This document shows, piece after piece, positions 1-11,608 of a DNA stretch of 35,398 nucleotides. This DNA comes from Cystobasidiomycetes sp. EMM_F5 (Eukaryota). The translations under genes and the position numbers were made by a program. Location: assembly GCA_051047955.1 (NCBI GenBank), contig JBPGPT010000046.1:62001-97398 (forward strand), read 5' to 3'. The notes below the pieces were generated by a model. The model ran no database searches. It saw only the letters and a program-made list of their open reading frames with translations, and was not told the DNA's origin. Position 1 is the stretch's first letter, and every line of letters begins with the position of its first letter.

Positions 1-26
1 GCAGGGGGACCAGCGCTACCTCAGGA

Positions 27-1832
27 TCAGCAAAGCGTCACAGCTGGCCCAGATGTGGGTACAAGCTTGACTTTCAAAGAAGCCGCGGTGTTGGGCGGTG
101 TAATTTCTTTCGGTTTTGAAATGAGAATTGGTTTGTCGTATCCCATAATTGGTTGCCTTGTTGCTAATGGCGACGAGTAAGCTCTTGAACCAGTATAGTC
201 TGACTCGCTCGTGTCATACTGCGTGAGAGGAGTGCTAGGCGTAAGAGGTGCATCGTCGTCATCGGAACTGCTGCATAAGAAAGAGCTTGGCGATGAAGAA
301 GAAGAGCTAGAGGTGAGGAAGATGGAAGATCCCGCCGAGTCCCTCCGAACTGCACACGATATGGGCGCCAAGGTTGCCGGAGTGCATGATGGCCAGTCTT
401 CTAGAGCAAATCGATGACCGGCCAAATACCAGCCTTGAACAATATTCGAAGCGGACGAGAAGCAAGGTAAAGCATCTGCAAGCAAGTATCTTCGTCAGGA
501 CACATGGGAAAGTCTTTCAGGCGCCGTTGACTTACATTTTTTGACCACAATCGTACTGATTTGCTCAAGGTGTCCAGCCAAATGACCATCAAGCATTTGT
601 GCAATTTGAACCGCAACTGGCGTCTCATCTGCAACCTGTTGACAGATGATGTCAGCTAACGCGACGGGGATCTGGCCAAGCAACGCACTCTCCGCGGCTT
701 GCTCCGTATGTAGCGAGCCAAGAGCAGACACCCGAGAGCAATGTCGGAAGACTTTAGCGGTACGAATGCGCGATGGAAGAGTGTGATCTCCATTAGGAAG
801 CGGGCGACATGTTGCAGGCGAGAGTCAACGGCAAGAATGTGAGGATCACTTATGCTTGCCACCCGTAGCCAACTTTCGGCGGTGGGATGCCCGATGAGCC
901 AGTTCAAGGTGGAAAGAACGTGTCCTTCCATCTGTCGTGGCGGAATTTAGCATCAGCCACTGCTTGTAAGGTGAGCTGGTAGAACTCGGCATGACCCACT
1001 TGAATGAAAGCGCTAGCATCGTAAGCGTTGCACGTCATTGCGCACAAGTCTTGAACTGTCGGTACACGATCTTTGGCGTCCTCAAATTTGGCGGCGATCC
1101 AAAGCGCGGCGCATCCGACCAGCTGGTAGTGCCGCTTGTATACGATACGTTTGCCAGTATACCTATCGGCGATATTGACTGCCAGGTAGAGTGTTTCCGG
1201 TCTCAGGCGGTATTGAGAATGTATCTCCACTAAGAAATCGATTAGGAATGGCCGCATGTACCATTCGAGTTCCGGTTGCTGGTCAATCAACTCCACAGAT
1301 GCCACTGTTTGCTCCTGAAAAACGCATTGCATTTCAGTACAGAGTCTTGCTAGATAATGGGCTAGACAAATTGACTCACCTCAACGGTCGCCATGTATTC
1401 GATGACTTCGTCCTGGTACTCGCGTTCGATAGCTGCCTCAAATTCCCGAGGGGTGGCCTGCAGTAAACTCGTTGAGGTAACGCTGTCTGTCCTTCTGCTG
1501 GACTTGCGCTGCAGACTGGCAGAAGTTGACGCTACCGGGAGAGCTGAGGTTGAAGGTACTTGAGCAGCCACTTGAGCCTCCGCAGACAGACTCGCACAGG
1601 AGGTCTGAGAACCATCTGAGCAGTGCTTTTGAGACACTGGCTCCTTGCTTGAGATTGATAGTCGCGTTGCTGGAGATATCCTCCTGCCACGCGCTGCCAG
1701 CCGGGGAACTGATCGAGAAGATGCTGCAGATGAGGAAGCAGATGAGCATACCGAAGGGGAGGGAGAAGGTCGCTTGCGGTAGGTGTAGAAGGCGTTGCGA
1801 TTACGGTTGGTGGGAACAGAGTCTGCCTTCAT
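27..1832 (-). CDS. G1/S cyclin (Cln1/Puc1-like), multi-exon
   Basis: The spliced ORFs give EYQDEVIEYMATVE|EQTVASVELIDQQPELEWYMRPFLIDFLVEIHSQYRLRPETLYLAVNIADRY..LVGCAALWIAAKFED..FIQ|MEGHVLSTLNWLIGHPT, a cyclin box of the fungal G1 type, followed by an S/T/P-rich PEST-like tail. GT-AG introns lie near 1379-1317, 998-932, 683-636 and 535-477. A possible last intron (~71-16) would carry the C-terminus past the window edge. Confidence 0.9.
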
Positions 1833-2408
1833 CTTTGCAGAGCGAGACTGCTTTGAGTCGAGCTAGCAGGGTGCCTGATGCGTGTAAAACCGGACGATGG
1901 AGATAGTTGAAGGCGATGAAACAATTGTCGAAGTCAGGCTTCCTTGTGTCGTTTTTGTTTGTAATAATTGAAAGACGACTTGTTTGCTAGTCGACTGTAC
2001 TCTAGCAGATGTTGGTGTTGTCGAAATATTATCGTGAAGCAGCCTGCGATAGCGACACGGAGAAGACCTTGCGTTAGAGACCAAAGAACGAGTGTGGTAA
2101 CAGAAGGATGCGTTGATGAGTGTAAGAAGTGGGAAAAAGCAGTCGAGGCAGTCGCAAGGCTTGTGTTTGCGGTCGAGGTGTCGTATCTTTCTTCGACCAG
2201 GCAGGCAGGCAGAGCCGTGGAAGAATGTAGGCGTGCAGGGCGACGACGTAATGCCAGTCGCGCTTCCGCAACGCAGGGAGAACAGAATAGGGGAGAGTAT
2301 TGGTGCGTTCCCCGGCCTGTGGAATGACTTCCTGCACGAGAGCGCACCCAGCAGTGGTAGCTTTCCCGCAAGTCACCGACGGCCTGTAGCTCTGGCACGA
2401 GCTAACGG
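1833..2408 (-). promoter_or_regulatory. Probable long 5' UTR of the cyclin gene
   Basis: There is no ATG on the minus strand for 576 nt upstream of the cyclin start, and an in-frame stop at 1865-1863 excludes a long N-terminal extension. Confidence 0.5.
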
Positions 2409-5019
2409 CATTTGGATACTCGCGACTGCACGTAGACAGCTATGCCAGGTTTGTGACGTGCGTCGCGTCGAGGTGCGTACCGCTGTAGCGCTCCGCAAGT
2501 TACGGAAGGCAGATATAATTGGGGAGGATCGCGAAAACCGCTTCACGTGTTTCACCAAAGTGAGGCGGGAATGCGGGACGCGAAGTCTGCAAGCCTCGGC
2601 CTTTATTGAGCATTGCTCGCGATGCGTGCGTATTTAATCATTTCAAGACGTGAGATACGTAGATCTAAACCCGCTGAATGCAGGATCTCCCGACGCGTTG
2701 GGTTCATTCGCCAACAATCACTTGCAAACGCGGATCGCTATCGACACTTGTATCACGACGATACGACAGGCGGCGTGTCATCAGGCGGCACGACATTGCT
2801 GTATCCGCTTCACTCATTCAATGTCTTCTTCAACGAGGAAGCGGAGCGGAGCCGGTCGCGGCAGGACGTGGTACAGTACTGGGATGCGTGGACAAAACAA
2901 GAAGCGTGTTCGGACGGAAGAGAAGGCAGAGCGCAGAGGGAAGGGCAGCTGCAGAAAGGATTGTGACGTATTCAAGTACGCAAGAAACGCGCCAGCTATA
3001 GCTATTCGCAGTAACACGACGCAAAGAATCTAGTACTTCTCTGGGAGCGTATCCGCTGCGACAGCCTGGACGTCTGACACGGGAGAAACAACGTCTCGCA
3101 AGCATCCAGCTACACCCAGCCCGCACACCTCAGTCTCTGACAGCGGTAGGAGAGGGAGCTCGAGAGTGATCGAGAAAGGCGCGGAGGGCGATAGGACAGA
3201 AGGAATTCGAGGCAGACCACGACGACGACAACTCACGAATATAATGACTTGCAGAGACCAGCGCTGATGACTGCAGGTGCAGCGTCACTCCCCTTGCAAG
3301 CTGACGTTTGTGGCGATCGCGTCCACTGGCTGGCCCGAACAAACCGCGAAACGAGGAGCGACAGGGATAGCGACAAATCCGAAGTTGCGAGACCAAGGGA
3401 CCACCTGTAGACGTTCAAACACACCTCTGGATCAGTTTAGGACCTCCCATCACCCTCGCAAAAATCTGCATTGTCGTGCTCGCTCGGTGCACTCACTCAG
3501 GTCCGGGTTTGTGTACGCGCCTCAAACGCGGTTTGACCAGTGACGGCCAAACTCGATGGTCACGCACGCGACGAGTCGAGCTACTGTGCACCCAGATAGC
3601 GTATGTAGGCTGTTACTGAGTGGAAGCAGTCGGACCTGGCTACTCTGGTTCTTTGTATCTGCCTCGTTGATTCTTCTCCGGCTCTGAAATTTGGCCCGAA
3701 TGCTGACGGTTTCGTGAAATTGCTGTAAAATATGCTGAACGTGACTGGATCTAACGTCGTCAAAGGTCGTGATGGTATATAGTGCTACGTGTCGTTATCG
3801 TCTCCCTATCGTTCCTCTACGTCTACCTGCATATGCCGAAAAAATGTTGGGGTGTGTCAGATGCCGGTAACAGCAGCTGCGGCTTGACATTGATCAGTAC
3901 TGACCTTGATGCAGACAATGTGAAGCAATGTAGCCTTCTACATGCGCATACACAGGTGATGGCGGTCAGCTTGAGCTGTCTACTGGCGCCGGCGGCAGTT
4001 GCATAAGGCGGGCAAGGGAATGTTGCGGTAGCGAAGACGACAGCCCCGACCACACCCTCTGCAAATCCGCGCATTACAACCCGCATGCACCGGCTGATGA
4101 CTCTCGAGCCCGCCCGAAGAAGCTACTCCTATAATGCACCAGCAAGGCCAACTTGGCCCTACCCGTCGTACTCGACGGAGCGGGTCAATGCACGCGATGT
4201 CAAGCGGCCGTGTTTGACGCGCTGAGCTAGGACTGTCGTGGGAAGGGTGTTCGAACTGGCGTTGAAAGTTTGGACTTCTTGACAACGATGGCGTCTGCGC
4301 GTGTGCTACACTCGGGCTGCTGACCGTAGTTTCCCTCGTTTGCCATAGCATTCTGAGATTCGACAACGCCCGGCTTGACACGCTCAAGTTACTGTACGCG
4401 TCGACGGCTGTAAGCACACGCGAGCAAATAGCTTTCGACAACAAACAATCGCAGTCGTAACAGCATCAGAATAGGACCACTACCGAATCACTCCCGCTAC
4501 TTCCCCATACACGACCAATGACACATGGTCGAGAAAGCTAGGTCGCAAGCCGCTCATCGAACCGCTATCAGGCTCTCACACCATCATGTAAGCGAAGATC
4601 ATGTCAGATAGACCTCCGCTTTCGGAATCACGTATGCCAAAAACCTTCTGACAGCCCAAAGCTCAAGTCGCGGGACAGCTTGCGAACTGTACAGTTTGTG
4701 GGACGGGCTTGCCGAGCATGGACTGTGCTTCCCTTCTGCATGGATAGTACAGATGGGACTAGTGCATGCTCGTTGCAGTGTGCGCATACTCATGTGCAAG
4801 ATGAGCGAGTTGAAGCCACGGTCGCAAGCCCTCGTAACACTCGTTGTCAGAAGCAAATTACAGTATACCAACGCCTGTGATTGTGCAGAAAGAGTATGTG
4901 CAAGCTGATGGTATCATCGATGAGCGTATAATGATTCTTGCCTCCGGCTGAGCTCGCAGCACCGATGAATGCGTGCCTTTGTTCCAGTTCAATCGCTACG
5001 CTAATGTTCCAGTGATCAA

Positions 5020-7014
5020 TCACGCGCTAAGCAGCTTCTCGAACGCCTTCTCCACCACAGCTGATCCACTCGTCATGATTGCTTGCTCGAACACTTCTAC
5101 GAGCGTCCGTACAGCTGTTTCACCGAGATTGCGCCGTCTGGTCTTGACTGAACCTGCCTGCGCACGGTGACTGCTGTTATCGTCAACGCAAGCCAGACAC
5201 TGCGCCAATACCTCGATACATCTAGCGTCTTCGATTGTCGTCTTGATACTCCAAACATTAGCTTCGAAAGTTTTAATCTTCCCGCTGCTGTTCATACAGG
5301 CTGTGGCATGCTTGACTACTGCACAAAGGCGGAGTGTCGCGTCGTTGATGAAGGCCATATCCATGAGATGCTGTATGCGCTCGGATTTTGACGTCAGTGT
5401 CGACAGGTTGCGGCGAACGCTGGGGTGATGCAGTAGACACTGTAATTCTTTCGTGGCAACTGCTCGAACAGTATATGCGATACTGACGCCAAGAAACGAT
5501 GCAAAGTCGTTTTCGTCGGTAGCGTTATTCGCTTGGAGAGCGGGCGACTCGCAGAGCAGCGACAAAGTGCGACAGATGTGTGTCCAGACATCGTTCTCCC
5601 TGATACTTGATGTGTCGTTACCTATGGAAGTGTAAACACATCGAGACTGGCTGGAAAGTAACCGTGCCAGCGATTCTGCCATAGTCTGGATCTGAGTGAG
5701 CGAGTAGTCAGCGAGCATGCGCTATTATTGCGAGGCCTGTACCGCACGCTCAAGATGACCTCGGTCGTCATCGACAAGGTCGAAGCGCGCTGAGCAGCGG
5801 TCAATTCCTGGAGCTTAGCGATGGTGTTCGCGAACAGCTTCAGGGAGACATGTGTGACTTTGCTGAGACTTTCGAGCTGGTCTGCAACTTTTGAGTAGTG
5901 CACTTTCGACACAGCAACATTGTCGACAGAGTCGCATACTTGAAGCACGCCATCACGCAATGTGGATAGCAGATAGACCATATTTCTTCGCAGAATGCTG
6001 AGGAAATTGTCGTTTTGTGGGAGATAAGGTGGTGCGTCTCGATTGTTGAATTGTTGACTGCCGAGTTGAATGGCTCGCAATGCGCACAGTACTTTGAGTG
6101 AGTAGTCGCAAGTGCGAAGACTGGTGCTGGTCGTGCCTGATTGTTGCAATTCAGGCCAACGTATGCGATGTTGCAGAAATAGCATTCACCTGGCAGCATT
6201 TCTGTCGGAGTCTGGCGAATGCCGAAATTCTTAAACAATCCAGGTAGATCGATGTCGTCCAAAACGGACGCAATTGGCGGTATACGGACATCTGGATCGG
6301 CGATCACCGCACTTATCTGCTCTTTACCCTTCTTTGTAGCTGCAGTGCTTAATGATGATTGAGCAGATGCCTTGGATTGACTGTTTGCTCCATCTTACGA
6401 GAAAGACGGGGAGTACCCGCGATGTCAGTCGTCACTCAGTCTTTTGTGGGTACTGTGCGCACCAGCATCATCTTTGCGCTTCTTGGTCTTCTTGTTCCCG
6501 GCGCTTGTTGTAGTCGGCAAGTCGACCGTGATCTGGCCCGCTGCTATCGCTGCCTTCAATCTGATTACCTCTAGGAAACAAAGCACAGACCTCGTCAGCA
6601 GACATGTCACCAGCAGCATCACTTCTCCGCACCGAGTCTGGTTGCATCAAGCTGCGCAGTGAGCAACTTGATTTCCGACGATGTGTGAGCGATGCGGGGC
6701 TCTGCCAGTGCCAGGCCGGCAGCTGTCAACAGGATGCAGCGTTGAAAATAAGTCGTGGCGTCTGCAATCACGAGCCACGGTCAGCACAGCATGGACGTTG
6801 GGATGGGTTCACTCACCTCGGATAGTTTGTCCCTGGCTTCGGGTTGCCAGTATCCGCTTTGCCTAAATCCAAGCGAGGCAGAGGGTCAGTAGGTCTCGTC
6901 AGCACAAATGAAAATTGCTGTATGCAACCAATCATGCATTAGTATGAAGAATCGTACAAGCGCGAGACGAATACGCATCAGCTCGTCAGGCTGGAGTTCG
7001 GAGAGCATCGTCAT
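5020..7014 (-). CDS. Hypothetical ~520 aa protein, possible MEI4/Rec24-like meiotic DSB factor
   Basis: Exons 7014-6958, 6862-6817, 6761-6633 and 6570-~6465 join in frame, via GT-AG introns, to ORFs 5840..6307, 5622..6185 and 5020..5718. The N-terminus ELMRIRLALAKRILATRSQGQTIRDATTYFQRCI..IKLLTAQLDATRLEVIRLKAAI resembles the MEI4 N-terminal helices plus coiled coil. The gene itself is well supported. The family call is tentative, and both ends are uncertain. Confidence 0.55.
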
Positions 7015-7248
7015 CGAGACGTAATTTGACGAAGGGGAGGTGATAAAGTGACGCTGATCCTTGTGGCCTGCCTCCTCTCGCGCTGTCGTTAAACGAGTGG
7101 ACGCCTGGACAGGCCTCTTCTGGTCCGATGTGTCCTTTGCTGGCTCATTTCCACTACAGTTGACGACGAGAGAAGCCAACACGAGGCACGGGAGAGGTCT
7201 TGATGTCTCTTGATGTCTTGATTGACATCAATCCTACACTACAACTCA

Positions 7249-7740
7249 CTACGGACGCTCAGACAGAGCGATGTTTAACCGGTACACGCTGCGCTCGTCT
7301 TCGGCTTGCTTGGCTGCATGCTACATAGCGGATACGACGATGCCCAATAGGCTGTCCGAGCCTGAGTCAAGATTACTCTCTACTCTGAAGGCTCTCACGC
7401 GTATATCATCCTTGCGTAGCCGACCTCGGTCGTGCGCCGGACTCCTATGCGAAATCGTACGGCCAACACTCACATGTGAAACGGGCGATGCCATACTGAA
7501 CAGCTTTTAGGCAGACATATTTGGTTGGGGCATACTATTGCTCACCTCTTTACACTGTTCCAACTGACTCGCGCTTTGGCTCTATCACCAGCTTTAAACC
7601 GAGTACTCAACTCACAAATCGCTGCTTCATCAGATCATGTCAGCAATAATCTACGGCAACCCAATGCCGAGCTGGCTGAACCAATGTGGAGTCGCGCAGT
7701 CGACTGTTTGTAGGTTTAACACCCTCGCTGCAAGGTCCTG
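7249..7740 (-). CDS. Putative micro-exon-rich coding segment (separate small gene or N-terminal extension of the downstream gene)
   Basis: Exons 7740-7682, 7621-7616 (6 nt), 7554-7546 (9 nt), 7495-7474 (22 nt), 7410-7399 (12 nt) and 7320-7250 are separated by 50-78 nt GT-AG introns. They read without a stop: QDLAARVLNLQTVDCATPHCDFVKSMASPVSHDDIRHAAKQAEDERSVYRLNIALSERP. The start is not located (further upstream, up to ~8270). Confidence 0.4.
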
Positions 7741-8241
7741 CTAAAGTGTGCCCAGCTTCGCATCCCCATCGCCGTGCGACTACATCGACTAGAAGCTTGG
7801 TCACACCACGCTGGAAACCTGTTCGGGTTCATCGCAAGAAACGCAATCACCAAACAGCGAGGACGATACGTAACTGACAATCGCACTCGAACTGTGCGAC
7901 TGCTGCTTGACGTTGTTTTTGCTGATGCCATTTCTTCCTGCATAGCAGCATGAAAACCGTGTAATATCAGTGACCCGCTCGCGTATAGCTGGTTCGCCTT
8001 GCTGTGACCTCCTTGACTGTGTCCTCTGCATGTCGCACAATGTGCGTTGTACAATAATTCGGCGCGCCCAATGTCGCCATCCCTCCCAATCTGCATTGAC
8101 GCAGCTGAAGTATCCGCACCTCTGCCGAAGACTGTTGGCCACAGTCCCCCTCATACACTGCATTAATCGCGTGACTTATTTGTTGTGACCTCGGGGTGAC
8201 GCCGAATCCCTTTTCTGACTGGTTTGGTAGGGCTGCGCCTG

Positions 8242-8572
8242 ATGTGGCGGCGGTGTGCACAGGTGAGTGCATAAATACCGCAAACTGAGTACCTTGATGT
8301 CCTGCTTGCTTTCACTTCACATCCCAGTCAGTAACGAGAGAGATCCGTACGCACTGCAACCTCATCATCATTATTAAGGACCCCCTAGGATTACTTCCAC
8401 CCCTGAAGACATGCCACTTATTGGATACGGCAATCCAGCAACGACCTATCCTCTGTACGACAATCATTGTGCAGGGCCCCAACTCCCAACTGTCTGTGAG
8501 TCCTACATCATCTTTTCAAACGGCCAAGCACGTGTAACCGTTATCCAGCAGTTGTTCCCGAGAGAAGCATGA
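8242..8572 (+). CDS. Possible three-exon small ORF (~70 aa) or spliced non-coding transcript
   Basis: Two GTGAGT..CAG introns (8263-8327, 8496-8548) join ATG 8242 in frame to TGA 8570-8572. No homology was recognised. Confidence 0.25.
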
Positions 8573-9312
8573 CGGCAAACTCCATGTCCACTCGACATAT
8601 CACGCCGGGCGCTCAGATCCATTACAATCAACGTGTTTTCTCCAAACCTCGGAATCACAGACAGAAATCACACAGGGTGTGGTAAGCAGTACAGATCAAT
8701 TTGTCTCTCGCAAAAGTTCGTGGACATGCTTGAATGAAGCTCGTGCCAATACAATGTTGCTCCCTATTCTCGTGTTTCGAAAAACCGTCTTCAACACTGA
8801 TGGCAAAATGCCTTTCGCTTCTCGCCAAACCGAAAATATACTGATTGACAGGGTCTGTCAGAACTGCTGTCTCACTGGAGGCATGAATCCAGAAGTAGTA
8901 TGCTCGGTATGGGTATGGTAAACCAAGAAAAGGTACGCTGAATTAGCAGCAGAAGGATTTGCACGGCGCAAATCGTCAGCCTGTGACGAGCTTGTGTGCA
9001 TGATCCCCTTGCAGTCCTCAAGCCTCGCCAATTCGGGGGCATCCTTCCGTTTCTATATGCTGTGTCTGGGGAGATACGAGTTTCTTATACACTGCCGACT
9101 TCGGAGCGCTGGCGAGAATGCTGTCAAGTGCAGCGCAGCGACAAAGTTACACAGCTATGAGCTATGCTTCACACGTGTCGAAAGCTTGAAAAAGGCTATT
9201 ATCACCACTTTTCTTTCTTCCGTTCTTCACCTCTTCACTACGCTGCAATATCGCAACACACCTTCCCAGCCTCCCACCCAGCTTCACATAGTACCTGTCC
9301 ATCCTGCTCACC

Positions 9313-10173
9313 ATGTCATCACAACCAAATCGCCATCAAAACAGCAACCCGTCTGAACAGACGCCAGCAACCGGTAATGCCGTCGGTGCTGTCGCGCCAC
9401 GACGTTCAAGCATAACCAGTCCGAACACAGGAGCGGGTGTTTCGGGCCTCCGTTCAAGAGCTAATTCAAATGCCGCCAACAGAAACAATGCAAACGCAGG
9501 AATCGCAGGACTTGTGGGAGGAAACCTAGCTGCTACACCTCAAGAGCGTCGTAAGCCCAAGCCTAAAGCGGGTGCAGGGGCCAGTCATCGCACTTATGTG
9601 CCGAAGTCGCAACGCGACGGAACACTCTCAACCGAAAATGTTCAAAACTCAGGCGGCACAGCCTCAAGCTCCTCGTCATCGACGAATCAACGAAACCGTT
9701 CCGGAAGCACTGCAGGTAGTAATCCAGGACTCCAACGTCAGGCAAGCACCAATCCCGGATTACCAACTCAGGCCAACACCAACAGGAACTTTGCCACTGC
9801 CAACAGAAACCGTAGAAACAGCAGAGCAGGAACGGCAGATGGTAACAATAACAGACCGCAAGAGCAACGCGCCAATCAAGGTGCAGGTACAATAGGCTTC
9901 AATCCCGGTCATTTACAGCCTTCACAAATGCAGTATGGCAACGAAGTTTCATCGTTGCCGCGCTTTATGCACGATTTAATCCAGCCGACTGTGTGTAAGT
10001 TCTGCCTTCTCATACACCTCTAGTATTTTTGGATGAAGCTGATTAGGGCTGTTTTAGCTTCTACTACCATCGAACAGACGGCGCGTGCTCGGCAAAACAG
10101 GGTGCCGCGAATTCGCGAAGCTGACGATACTTGGCACCAACCACAAGGTGGCTGTCATAAAGGGAGGCGATAG
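9313..10173 (+). CDS. Hypothetical low-complexity N/S/G/R-rich protein
   Basis: A 236-codon ATG ORF follows a C/T-rich leader. There is a likely intron GTAAGT ~9995 to TTTTAG 10057, and the frame of the last exon is ambiguous. Confidence 0.6.
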
Positions 10174-10458
10174 TCCGATAGACGTAACATTACGAAACGC
10201 ACGCATCATACACAATTTGCTGCCATGATGTACGTTAGAGCCAAAGCACACTCAAAGATACAGCGCTGAGGCCAAAGCTCAGGGTCTTAAAATACGGTTT
10301 GCGTGATAATTGATATCCAGTGATGTCTGTTGTACACCATAGTCCTCTATATACAGCCCCCAAATCCTTCCTCCTGCATTGTCAGAGCGGTATTCAATTC
10401 CAACTCCCATCAGCGTGCAGCTGCGAGTATGATATAGGCGACACGGGTGTGTGCATCC

Positions 10459-11469
10459 TCAGAAGACTGTTGCAGGCTTCTTTGCCAATGCAGATGCCCT
10501 CGTCTTGTCGCAGAATGCCCTCCTGATGAGATCCATCTCTGCTTCCATCTCAATCTCCTCTTGCGTCTGCTGCGACTCTGCCAGTGTACGCTTTGCTGCA
10601 CCTCTCGTCATCTGCGCAGTCCGACTTGCTGCATTCGCCGCTGCCGTCTCTATGGCTGCCATTGCTTGCGATACTGGGGGACACGGCCATTGCCTCTTCC
10701 ACTCGAAATCTGCCAGTGCCCGCACTTGGTGGTGGGATAAGCAGTCGAGGTCGTAAAAGAGCATCGAGGTGTCTTGCCTTCGTATGTAGTGCTTTACTGA
10801 CGCTTCAGCGCCTCCTGGAGCGAATTCGGCGTATGGCTGGGGAGTACAAGATTTATCGACCAGAGTCGAGATGACTGCCCTGTTGTCTGCTCGTTTGTGG
10901 GGCCCTGTACCTGGAATACTGTAAATGTCTAGAGGTGGTTCCCCTAGAAAACTCGCTCCTGCTTCTGGACGTGCTGCCGTCAGGTCCAATTTGTAGCTAG
11001 AGTCAATGTGCGGCAGTTTGGGCAGACCGGTCGCAAGTTCGGGTGCGAGTGTGGATGTGGATGGAATGGGAGGGATAGGTGCTGCTGTGGATGCACTCTG
11101 CACGGATGCGTCGTTGGGGATAGATACGCCGTGTTCCATCGTCATGCTGATTCCGCTGGCGTCTGTCCCGGACGAGCCGCCCGACTGCATTCTCCTCCGT
11201 TTGCACACTCCTGCTATGCGATTGTGCTCTGCCAGTCTCCTTCCTGCCTCAATCTCCTCCTCATTGCTGGCCAGCAGCTGCCTGTAGCTCCGCTGGAGAT
11301 GCGCCAGTGCCCGTGACCGGATGTAGAGCTCTTGAGTCCGCCTGTCGAGGCTGGCGAGGAAGGAAGACGGCCGCTCGACTGGCGGTTTGGTGGCAGTCAC
11401 TACATTTGCAGTGGTGGTGGTTGTACTCGCAGCAGCAGGAGCAGCAGAAGTGGACGGCTGCTGTGACAT
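10459..11469 (-). CDS. Hypothetical protein (~336 aa, apparently intronless)
   Basis: Long uninterrupted ORF from ATG 11469 (MSQQPSTS) with predicted helical/coiled segments. No family was recognised. Confidence 0.7.
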   Translation of the reverse strand: MSQQPSTSAAPAAASTTTTTANVVTATKPPVERPSSFLASLDRRTQELYIRSRALAHLQRSYRQLLASNEEEIEAGRRLAEHNRIAGVCKRRRMQSGGSSGTDASGISMTMEHGVSIPNDASVQSASTAAPIPPIPSTSTLAPELATGLPKLPHIDSSYKLDLTAARPEAGASFLGEPPLDIYSIPGTGPHKRADNRAVISTLVDKSCTPQPYAEFAPGGAEASVKHYIRRQDTSMLFYDLDCLSHHQVRALADFEWKRQWPCPPVSQAMAAIETAAANAASRTAQMTRGAAKRTLAESQQTQEEIEMEAEMDLIRRAFCDKTRASALAKKPATVF

Positions 11470-11608
11470 TATTCGGTGACGGTGTTGGGCGAGTGGCAAA
11501 AACTGCGTTTCGGATTGGACTTCATGTCGCCATTCAAGACATTTGAGGTTTGAAGTGCATTGAATCCAAACAAATTACAACTAGTCTACTCTGAACACAC
11601 TGCCACAC
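11470..11608. promoter_or_regulatory. Compact bidirectional promoter
   Basis: Only 139 bp separate the divergent start codons at 11469 (-) and 11609 (+). Confidence 0.6.

Noticed and set aside
6139..6189. CYFC putative zinc-binding motif in ORF 5840..6307
   Set aside because: It falls inside a predicted GT-AG intron that is needed to join the flanking exons.
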